Of a DNA stretch of 14,363 nt, positions 1 to 7,218 are shown in pieces. Both the position numbers and the translations under genes were made by a program. The stretch covers positions 1 to 14,363 of the forward strand of contig JAHQXB010000103.1 of assembly GCA_029856435.1 (NCBI GenBank), given 5' to 3'. This DNA is from Candidatus Jordarchaeia archaeon. Its GTDB lineage: Archaea > Asgardarchaeota > Jordiarchaeia > Jordiarchaeales > Jordiarchaeaceae. Each line of letters opens with the position of its first letter. The stretch's first letter is position 1. Below the pieces are notes generated by a model. That model was given only the letters and a program-made list of their open reading frames with translations. It had not been told where the DNA came from and ran no database searches.

Positions 1-51
1 GTAGAGGAGAGGAAATCGGATAGGAAACAGGTTACAATAAAACAAATTTAA
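1..51 (+). CDS. Possible 3' end of an upstream gene cut by the window edge (VEERKSDRKQVTIKQI*)
   Basis: Purine-rich open frame from base 1 ending in TAA at 49-51; only 16 codons, no recognisable motif. Confidence 0.25.
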   Translation, partial: VEERKSDRKQVTIKQI

Positions 52-270
52 CATTGCCATAATCAACCCAGATAAACAATTGGTGTTAATGGTAGAGCCG
101 TGGTTTGGGTGGGTTGCAGTCTACTTGGTCAAGGGTAGACGTATGTGGACCTAGGGCTTCCCACATTACCCATACCTCTCACGGGTGTGAAAAAGGTATC
201 TTTTTTGGTAAATATCATTTCTGCAGATATTGAATATTGGGAGATTGATGAATGGTTTGGTTTTGGGGTT

Positions 271-1845
271 CTAGTTGTATTGGGTGCATATGGTGAATTC
301 TATGCCGTGTTTCATTGTTCTCAGTTGCCACACTATTCCCTCAAGGAGGGTTCTTAGCGCAAAGTAGTCCGGGGAATCTTTGGATGGGTAGCATACATTT
401 ATTGTTGGGGTAACCAGCTTGGGGTCTTTTGTTACTGCTATGATTCTTCCCAAAAGGTGGATTGTTTCGAAGAAGCCCCCCATCATTACTGTTCTGAGGT
501 AGTTTCCTTTAGGCGATTTTGGAAGTTTACCAATTTTTGACTCTAATAGTTCCCGTGTTATTTCCAAAATTTTGAGGAATTTGTGTTCATAATTACTTTT
601 CCCATTTAGGGTATAGGTGTATATCGCTGTGGTTAAGAGGAGGATTTTTTCCGGGGATAGGGGGAGTTTCCATATTTCCTCTTCCAGTTCCTCCAGTGCT
701 TCTATGTTTCCCGTAAAATCCATATTTCGTATTAGCTCTATCAGGAACAAGTAGATGTTCTCAATCGTCTCAACATGTTTCAGATTTCTTCTCTCATACT
801 TGTTTATGAGCAGCCTAGCCAAATTTTCAAAAAGATTAGACAAAGGTTCCAGCTCAGGTTTCCGGTCACAATACTCCCACATCGAAACAATAACCTCATC
901 AATAGTTCTAGCAATATCATCCTCCTCCCCCAAGACATACGAAGAAACCTTCAGAATACTTCTACGATACGGTTCACCAGCTTCTGCGCTAAACCTCAAA
1001 AAATTGTAAAGGGAATCTATCAAAATAAAAGACTCATCACTCTCCCACTCAAAACGCTCACGCTTGAAAAAAATAGCCCCCCTCAAAACCTCTAAAACAA
1101 AGTTTTGCAATTCCCTTGGAGAATGCGAGTCCCTGCCAAGAAATAGCATATCGGAGAGAGTGCGATAAAGCCAACGTAGATCCATCATCAGCCCCCTATC
1201 ATAGAAAAAGTTCCTGAGGAACTCAAAGAATTCCCTGTAAAGCTCCCCTAGCTCATTTAGGCCTCCCATCCTGAGACAGTCGCCCAGTTCAGAAATCAAA
1301 ATAATTAGAGCCTCACTACTACACTCCTCCACCCCCCTCTTCACACGGGTAATCAGGTTCCGCCAATCATCTCTAGATTCAGCCACACTAATCATCATGC
1401 GAAAAAGCGCAATTTTTGCGTCAAGAAGAGCCCTCTCCTCAAACTCCAAATTAGGATAGTTTCTAAGCTTCTCAAAAATGCTTTTCGCCCTGTCAACTCG
1501 CTTTCCTCCCCACAATATGTCCGCCTCAGCCAGATTTAACAGAAACATGGACCAAAAAACACTACCATCCGGAGACATAAACCGCTCTTCACATTCTTCA
1601 AGCTTATCCAAAACATACTCCATTCGCCCACCCCTCACCCCCAAATAAACCAAAATAAGAGCAACCAAGGAGTAAATAACGAAAACATCACCATCCTCAA
1701 AACACCACATATCTAGAGACAGACCCCTAAGTAACTGCAATACAAACCCAAGCTCCCCCAATTCAGAAACATTCTCCTCAACCAACGAAGACAGAGAACC
1801 GTAGATTTCCCTCAAGAAAAACCGGATGGAATCACCACTTACCAT
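271..1845 (-). CDS. Hypothetical 524-aa protein, predicted mostly alpha-helical (TPR/solenoid-like), function unknown
   Basis: Long uninterrupted ORF rich in L/E/I/F/R with amphipathic helical periodicity; no catalytic motif recognised; TATA-like box about 25 nt upstream of the ATG. Confidence 0.8.
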   Translation of the reverse strand: MVSGDSIRFFLREIYGSLSSLVEENVSELGELGFVLQLLRGLSLDMWCFEDGDVFVIYSLVALILVYLGVRGGRMEYVLDKLEECEERFMSPDGSVFWSMFLLNLAEADILWGGKRVDRAKSIFEKLRNYPNLEFEERALLDAKIALFRMMISVAESRDDWRNLITRVKRGVEECSSEALIILISELGDCLRMGGLNELGELYREFFEFLRNFFYDRGLMMDLRWLYRTLSDMLFLGRDSHSPRELQNFVLEVLRGAIFFKRERFEWESDESFILIDSLYNFLRFSAEAGEPYRRSILKVSSYVLGEEDDIARTIDEVIVSMWEYCDRKPELEPLSNLFENLARLLINKYERRNLKHVETIENIYLFLIELIRNMDFTGNIEALEELEEEIWKLPLSPEKILLLTTAIYTYTLNGKSNYEHKFLKILEITRELLESKIGKLPKSPKGNYLRTVMMGGFFETIHLLGRIIAVTKDPKLVTPTINVCYPSKDSPDYFALRTLLEGIVWQLRTMKHGIEFTICTQYN

Positions 1846-1869
1846 AAAAAAATTTAAACAAACAACTCA

Positions 1870-1884
1870 TATATAAATTATTAC
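1870..1884 (-). promoter_or_regulatory. Putative TATA box (TTTATATA) plus purine-rich BRE for the 524-aa gene; likely leaderless transcript
   Basis: Minus strand reads GTAATAA-TTTATATA with the box ending 25 nt before the ATG at 1845, the canonical archaeal spacing. Confidence 0.45.
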
Positions 1885-1892
1885 CAAGATAA

Positions 1893-2008
1893 AGGGGGTG
1901 ATGTAGAATTGTTCGGTTTCGCCTCAAAAAGGGGGTGTTTATAGTGCTTCTTTCACGATTTGGAGCCTTATTAGGGAGATGGAACCGAATAAATCTACGT
2001 CACCCCCT
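1893..2008. repeat. Imperfect 28-bp inverted repeat (arms 1893-1920 and 1981-2008) around a 60-nt loop
   Basis: Left arm AGGGGGTGATGTAGAATTGTTCGGTTTC versus reverse complement of right arm AGGGGGTGACGTAGATTTATTCGGTTCC: 24/28 identical. Confidence 0.85.
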
Positions 2009-2013
2009 CCATA

Positions 2014-2169
2014 CATAATCATTTGATCCTCCAAAAAAGTAGGCTTAACAGGGCTTCCCTCCAAATAAGCCTAAAAAACGGTAAGACCGGCAAACCCTGC
2101 ACACAATTCATGCCAACAAACCACATACTTAACGACAGAACCCCGGCAGCTTACAATAAAAACTCTTTA
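2014..2169 (+). repeat. Copy A of a dispersed ~156-bp inverted repeat (partner at 7059-7218)
   Basis: Manual alignment: core 2080-2131 matches the reverse complement of 7095-7146 at 47/52, including the exact 20-mer AACCCTGCACACAATTCATG (2093-2112 / 7114-7133). About 75-80% identity overall with small indels. Confidence 0.9.
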
Positions 2170-2240
2170 CGTCCCAAAAATTTTATAATGCTGTTAAGTT
2201 ACAATATAATTACATCATTACAAAAATTTATTTTTAGCCG

Positions 2241-2504
2241 GTGACCTTCTTGAGTTCCGACAGAAAATACACTACAATTCCAGTTTTAGTTGAGGTTAAG
2301 GAAGCTCTTGATAGAATAAGGGGAGAAAAGGAGTGGAGTAAATTTCTAGCCGAGCTTTTGGAAGAAAACAGAAAGCTGCGAAGAAAGCTGGCGGCAAGAA
2401 ACTTACAGAAGAGGTTTAACACTGTTGAGAGCCATATTTCAGAGTCCCACAGAGACTTGAAAGGCCTCAAGCTAAAACACTCGGAAATAGAAGAGACACC
2501 CTAG
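2241..2504 (+). CDS. vapB: VapB-type antitoxin (archaeal ribbon-helix-helix-like family)
   Basis: 87 aa; N-terminal YTTIPVLVEVKEALDRIRGEKEWSKFLAELLEE fits the archaeal VapB strand-helix-helix pattern; directly upstream of a PIN gene. Start could be GTG 2241 or TTG 2250. Confidence 0.8.
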   Translation: MTFLSSDRKYTTIPVLVEVKEALDRIRGEKEWSKFLAELLEENRKLRRKLAARNLQKRFNTVESHISESHRDLKGLKLKHSEIEETP

Positions 2505-2526
2505 CAGAGCTTCCGGAGGATGTTCC

Positions 2527-2922
2527 GTGAGAATCGTCGTTGAGACTGATGCTCTAATCGCCCTAGAGAGAATAAGGAAACTTGAAAAGTTCGTTGAAAT
2601 CTACGATGCCTGCATAACCGCAATAACCGAGTACGAGTATGTCAGAGGAGAAATTAGGGCGGGGATAAACTCAGAAGAATCCAAAAGAACCGTTGAGGAT
2701 GCATTTGAAGTGCTACCCCTAGATAACAAGAGCATAATCACAGCAAGCAAGATTTGGGCTGAGCTAAGCAGTAGAGGAGAACTACCTGAAGAGAGAGACC
2801 TACTAACAGGAGCCATCTGTATCTCAAAAGACACACCACTCTGGACGCTGAACAAAAAACATTTCAAAAGACTTGAAGGATTCGGCCTCAAACTCGTAGA
2901 TGTGGATACTGAAAACCTATAG
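2527..2922 (+). CDS. vapC: VapC PIN-domain ribonuclease toxin
   Basis: 131 aa; PIN motifs IVVETD, ITEYEY, ERDLLTGAIC, LWTLNKKHF; GGAGGA SD at 2515-2520, 6 nt before the GTG. Confidence 0.92.
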   Translation: MRIVVETDALIALERIRKLEKFVEIYDACITAITEYEYVRGEIRAGINSEESKRTVEDAFEVLPLDNKSIITASKIWAELSSRGELPEERDLLTGAICISKDTPLWTLNKKHFKRLEGFGLKLVDVDTENL

Positions 2923-2985
2923 CCCCAGACAAACCCACACACGCTTTTACAGACAAAAGATGAAAAAAATGTTCCCATAAAAAAT

Positions 2986-3003
2986 TATGAAAAGTTTTTC
3001 ATA
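2986..3003. promoter_or_regulatory. Palindrome TATGAAAA-GT-TTTTCATA, candidate regulator site (core ATGAAA-N4-TTTCAT)
   Basis: Perfect 8-bp arms; the same 16-bp core recurs at 13415-13430 in the csa5/csa3 intergenic region. Confidence 0.5.
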
Positions 3004-3197
3004 GGAAAGTCATATACGACCACGCAACCTCAAAACAAGAAGACCTAAAATTTTTCACGGCAAACAACTACACCTTTACGCGCTTCAGACAAAAGTTTTT
3101 TATGGGAAACAGTTACGGGTGCTGGTTTAATTTTGTGTTTTTCGTGTTTCTGTTTGTTTTCTTTTTTGGTTGTAGCACCTTTCCGCGTTTTTGGAAT

Positions 3198-3239
3198 CAT
3201 AATATAATTATGGAAATATATTTCCGAAAAATTTATATT
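3198..3239 (+). promoter_or_regulatory. Putative promoter of the DUF2797-cas1-cas2-cas4 operon with abutting palindromes
   Basis: CATAAT-ATA-ATTATG (3198-3212), perfect 14-bp palindrome GGAAATATATTTCC (3212-3225), GAAAAA BRE-like (3226-3231) and TTTATATT TATA-like (3232-3239), about 60 nt before ATG 3302. Confidence 0.5.
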
Positions 3240-3301
3240 TTTCCAAAACAATAAATAGACCAAACCCCCCTTGCGAGAGAAAAAAATTAGGGGAAAACAG
3301 G

Positions 3302-4198
3302 ATGACCACCATCACACAACAAATCATAACCCCCCACCCCGAAGAAACACCCCAAAAAGAAGACATCCAATTCATAGTAAGAGGATACAGCTGGCGCCCC
3401 TTCCTAGGATTCACCCTACCACACCTAGACCTCCTAACACCCCAAGGACTGGGAAGCATCCCCCTCTTCGGAGAACACACCCTCACACTCACAAAAGAAA
3501 AATACTGCCTAGAATGCCAAAACCCCACAAAAGACACCCAATACTGCCCCCAATGCCAAAAGCTAGCCAAAATACAGAGACTACAATGCATAACCAAAGG
3601 AGCAGGAACACCCTACAACCAGCAGTGCAACCCAGAAAACCCACCCTGCAACTCACCCTGGGCCGCACAACACTGCCAGCAAGAGCACGTAATCTACATA
3701 GCAGGATTCGGAGAACTCTTCAAAGTAGGAGTAACAAAAACAGAAAGATGGAACACCCCAGACGGATACAAGTACCGACTAATAGAACAAGGAGCAGACT
3801 CCGCCACAGTACTCAGAGGAAACCTAAACCTGGCAAGCGCCCAAGAAACAGAACAACTCATAGCCGACGCCCTAGACCTAGAAACAAGAGTACCATTCGA
3901 ATACAAAGCAGAAGAATATGCAAATCCAAAAGGCCCCCAAATCCAAGAACTAAAAAAACTAAGCCAAGAAGCAGCAAGAAGATTCCATCTACACGAAGTA
4001 TGCATACTCAACCTAAACCAAGTATATGAAGTGCGCCCCCCACTCCCAGTAGACATAAACCTATGGCAGATCGAAAACCTAATTGGAAAAGTAACCTATG
4101 TTCGGGGAAACATTCTATACCTCCAATCCAACGGCTTACTCATAGCCCATGACCTCAGCTCTGCGAGGGGGAAGGGAATAATCTGCGAGGAGGACTAA
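3302..4198 (+). CDS. DUF2797-like Cys-rich (probable zinc-binding) protein, possible GIY-YIG/T5orf172-like nuclease
   Basis: 298 aa; C-x2-C-x9-C-x2-C, then C-x12-C-x6-C-x8-C-x3-H, followed by HVIYIA...FKVGVT...YRLIEQGA and C-terminal GKVTYVRGNILYL. I recognise this layout as DUF2797 from memory, not from a search. The stop is 3 nt before the cas1 start. Confidence 0.78.
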   Translation: MTTITQQIITPHPEETPQKEDIQFIVRGYSWRPFLGFTLPHLDLLTPQGLGSIPLFGEHTLTLTKEKYCLECQNPTKDTQYCPQCQKLAKIQRLQCITKGAGTPYNQQCNPENPPCNSPWAAQHCQQEHVIYIAGFGELFKVGVTKTERWNTPDGYKYRLIEQGADSATVLRGNLNLASAQETEQLIADALDLETRVPFEYKAEEYANPKGPQIQELKKLSQEAARRFHLHEVCILNLNQVYEVRPPLPVDINLWQIENLIGKVTYVRGNILYLQSNGLLIAHDLSSARGKGIICEED

Positions 4199-4201
4199 AA
4201 A

Positions 4202-5254
4202 TTGTTAATTGAAATAAACAGTCATGGCTCCTTCATAGGAAAAAAAGGACAATGCATAAAAATAACCTGCGCAGGCGAAAAACTCGCAGAAGTCCCAGTA
4301 GTCAAACTCACAGAAATAATAGTCTCAGCCTCCACAACCATATCCTCAGACGCCGTAAAACTACTAGCAGAAAACGGAGTACCAATACTATTCATGGGCG
4401 GAGGAAAACCAGTAGCCCTACTCCACGGCTTCTTCATGCATGGAACAGTCCTCACACGCAGAGAGCAAATAACCGCCTACGGAGACCAGAGGGGAACCCA
4501 CCTCGCCAAAGCCTTTGTAGACGCAGGAATGACCAACAAACACCGCCTCCTCAACTACTTCGCAAACAGCAGAAAACGCACCGACCCCACAACAGCAGAA
4601 AGCCTAGAAATAGCCACCCAAGAAATAAGGCAGGTACAGGAAAAACTCAGCACAATAAACGGACTAATCACAGAAAACCGCTACGAACTAATGGGACTAG
4701 AAGCAGAAGCCACCCGCATCTACTATCAAGCCCTAAGATTAATCCTTCCAGAAGAAATAAGGTTCCAGAGAAGGGAAAAAAGACCACCCAGAGATCCCTT
4801 CAACGCCGCCCTCAGCCTAGGATACACCATACTCAACAGCAGAGTGCTGGCAGCAGTAACCGCCTGCGGACTGGAACCCTTCGCAGGATTCCTACACGCA
4901 GACCGCTCCGGAAAACCCTCACTGGTACTGGACCTCTCAGAAGAGTTCAGGCAGCCAGTAGTAGACAGAACCGCCATAAGCATGTTCACCCAAGGAATAT
5001 TAACCCCAAAAGACTTCCAACACACAGGCAGTGGACTCCTATTCACAGAGGAAGCCAAGAAAAAATATATTGAAGCCCTACTCAAAAGACTAGAAGGCGA
5101 AGCAAAACCAGAAGAAGGCAAAACGCCGCTTGAAAACATGATTTTCCACCAAGCAAGAGAAATAGCCCGCTACCTCCTTGGAAAATCCCAATCCTACACC
5201 CCATACACCTTTGAGTGGTGGGGAACAACAGGAGGAGAAAACCACGATGAATAA
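4202..5254 (+). CDS. cas1: CRISPR-associated integrase Cas1
   Basis: 350 aa; ELMGLEAEATRIYY, RPPRDPFNAALSLGYTIL, GLEPFAGFLHAD, SLVLDLSEEFR with catalytic E/H/D present; TTG start with GAGGAGG SD inside the preceding gene. Confidence 0.98.
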   Translation: MLIEINSHGSFIGKKGQCIKITCAGEKLAEVPVVKLTEIIVSASTTISSDAVKLLAENGVPILFMGGGKPVALLHGFFMHGTVLTRREQITAYGDQRGTHLAKAFVDAGMTNKHRLLNYFANSRKRTDPTTAESLEIATQEIRQVQEKLSTINGLITENRYELMGLEAEATRIYYQALRLILPEEIRFQRREKRPPRDPFNAALSLGYTILNSRVLAAVTACGLEPFAGFLHADRSGKPSLVLDLSEEFRQPVVDRTAISMFTQGILTPKDFQHTGSGLLFTEEAKKKYIEALLKRLEGEAKPEEGKTPLENMIFHQAREIARYLLGKSQSYTPYTFEWWGTTGGENHDE

Positions 5255-5525
5255 CATTGTAACCTACGATGTGCCAGACGACAGACTAAGAGCAAAAATC
5301 GCCGCCAAGCTTTTTGGCTATGGCCTCAAAAGACTACAGAAAAGCGTCTTCATAGGAGAGATGAGTAGAAACAAGGCTGAAATGCTAGCCTTAGAACTGG
5401 AAGACCTAGTGGGAGGAGAACCTGCAGACATACGCATTTTCCCAATATGCGAAAAGTGCTTAGAAGCCCACATTGTGGTCTGCGAACTCCACGATATAAG
5501 TGAGGAGGAGGTAGTAATAACTTGA
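5247..5525 (+). CDS. cas2: CRISPR-associated protein Cas2 (start revised from 5178 to ATG 5247; 92 aa)
   Basis: IVTYDVPDDRLR and GLKRLQKSVF motifs; GGAGGAG SD at 5231-5237; overlaps the cas1 end by 8 nt. Confidence 0.96.
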   Translation: MNNIVTYDVPDDRLRAKIAAKLFGYGLKRLQKSVFIGEMSRNKAEMLALELEDLVGGEPADIRIFPICEKCLEAHIVVCELHDISEEEVVIT

Positions 5526-6121
5526 CCGTCTGGGAATGCGTGAGGCCCAGAATCATTTTCACAGCCGAAGACATAAGACAATACGGATACTGCAAAAGAA
5601 AACCCTACTTCCGCCACGTATTAAAAGCTAGACTCCAACCCTCAATCAAAATGTTGAGAGGCGAAAAAATACACCAAAAAACATGCAGAGCCAAAAGCAT
5701 AGAAAAAGAGGAAAACAGAGAAGTCTCACGCTACTACAACATTTATCTCTGTTCCGAGGCTTTGGGACTCGCAGCCATAATAGACTATTTCGAATATGAT
5801 GGCGAGAAAATAACACTGGTAGACGTAAAATCCGGCGCTGGAGCATCAAAAAACATATACGAAGGCTACTACCTCCAAATGGCCGCCTACGCCCTACTCG
5901 TAGAAGTCTGCCTAGACATACCCGTAAAAAGCGTACTGATACGCTACGAAGACGACAAAAAAGAAAAGCTTCTACAAATAGACTTCAAAGCAAAAGCCAC
6001 CGTAATCCAAATCCTAAAAAGGCTAAGAGAAATGGTGGAAAACGAAACAATACCACCACCAACCAGCAACCCCAAAAAATGCACAGACTGCGAAGCGTGG
6101 AAAATATGCAGAAGATGCTAA
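5522..6121 (+). CDS. cas4: CRISPR-associated Cas4 (RecB-like nuclease with Fe-S cluster)
   Basis: 199 aa; N-terminal YCKRK, G..IH, IIDY, VDVKSG, LQMAAY and C-terminal CTDCEAWKIC; TTGA overlap with the cas2 stop. Confidence 0.95.
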   Translation: MTVWECVRPRIIFTAEDIRQYGYCKRKPYFRHVLKARLQPSIKMLRGEKIHQKTCRAKSIEKEENREVSRYYNIYLCSEALGLAAIIDYFEYDGEKITLVDVKSGAGASKNIYEGYYLQMAAYALLVEVCLDIPVKSVLIRYEDDKKEKLLQIDFKAKATVIQILKRLREMVENETIPPPTSNPKKCTDCEAWKICRRC

Positions 6122-6458
6122 ATTTGGAATTTTTGAGGAATATCCTCTAGTGGCAAGTGGTTGTTCAAACTACAAAAAAGTGTAATATAATAATAAGGTT
6201 TGATGTGAATGTAATAGTTTTTCATTAGAATGTTTAGTTAATTTAAAGTTTTTTAAGGAAGAAATAATAAATTAAGTTAAGGGGTAATCCTCTTTAAACT
6301 AATGCGATTGTATAAGGTGGGATATAGATTTCTCATTAATTTTTTCCTAAACTTATCCTTCTCCGGGGTTCATTTTAGGCTTCTTTTCCCAAAAAAAGGC
6401 GGAAAAAACCATATTTTCTGGAAGCGAAAAGGAAAAAATTAATGGGAAAGTCTATAGA

Positions 6459-6867
6459 ATGACAGATAAAAAATTATCTCTTGAAGATATTGCTTCTGGC
6501 CCCTCAATTCGCCGCATTGCTGATGTTTTCCATTATCTAGTGGTAGTTGCTAGAATCAAACAATATTACTATGAGCTGAAATTTGTTCGCGACGGCAAGC
6601 TATTAGAACTTATGGGTAAAGCTCTCAGAGATATTGATACACTGAGTAACGATAAGAACATGAAAAAGGAGATTTCGAAACTTGCAACGAGACGAATACA
6701 AAACGGAAGCACTAAGAATTCTAACAGACATTTCAAGGGCGATATCTACGAGAAACATAAATCTATTTAATAATGATGCCATGTTTCACATAATAAGAAT
6801 AGACAACATCAAAACAATACCTAGGGAGACTGTTTTTAAAATACAAACGAGCCTAAAAAGCGAATAA
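6459..6867 (+). pseudogene. Probable frameshifted small helical gene, tentatively Csa5/Cas11-like
   Basis: Two overlapping ORFs (6459-6770, 6682-6867) join into 135 aa if one base is removed near 6664-6700. The N-terminal ~45 aa share a hydrophobic register with the Csa5 at 12922-13353 by eye only. Confidence 0.4.
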
Positions 6868-7058
6868 ATCCATACCAGAAATATTCCAATTCAGAGTTAT
6901 TAAGCCACTCTGTTGTTTTAAAAGTTTATTTTTGACCTATTGGTATATGAATTTGGCTCAGATTTTATTATCTCTGCAGGAGTTGATAGGTAAGGAAGTT
7001 TAGTGAAAAAGAAAAATGAGAAAAGCTGTTCCAGAGGAGTGATGTTAATCCCAGTTAT

Positions 7059-7218
7059 TAAAGAGTTTCTTTTGTAGACTTAGGAACCTTGTCGTAAGTA
7101 TGTAGTCTGTTGACATGAATTGTGTGCAGGGTTAGCCAGTCTTACCATTTTTTTGGGCTTTAAATTTGGAAAAAAGCCATGTAAAGTCTCCTTTTTTTGA
7201 GAGGATCAAACGATTATG
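7059..7218 (-). repeat. Copy B of the dispersed inverted repeat (partner at 2014-2169)
   Basis: Reverse complement begins CATAATCGTTTGATCCTC (copy A: CATAATCATTTGATCCTC), contains the 47/52 core and ends TACAAAAGAAACTCTTTA (copy A: TACAATAAAAACTCTTTA). Confidence 0.9.

Noticed and set aside
2023-2244. 73-aa plus-strand ORF overlapping repeat copy A
   Set aside because: The same frame in copy B has a stop and shifts; no protein-like features; it overlaps the probable vapB promoter.
3045-3597. Minus-strand ORFs 3045-3263 and 3208-3597
   Set aside because: Low-complexity translations that cross the promoter and the antisense of the DUF2797-like gene.
3271-5073. Long alternate-frame ORFs 3271-4029 and 4252-5073
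   Set aside because: R/P/T/K-rich shadows: the T-poor coding strand yields few off-frame stops.
5178-5246. N-terminal extension of cas2 in the ORF track
   Set aside because: It lies within cas1; the SD and Cas2 homology point to ATG 5247.
6884-6912. TTCCAATTCAGAGTTATT, loosely like one end of an archaeal CRISPR repeat
   Set aside because: Single short occurrence with no second copy at spacer distance; it could equally be a 6-bp-stem hairpin (6892-6897 / 6907-6912) after the upstream ORF.
2014-7218. Calling the segment a casposon or annotated transposon
   Set aside because: No PolB, transposase or TSD is visible; cas1 sits in a normal cas1-cas2-cas4 operon; the repeats are diverged. Kept only as a hypothesis.
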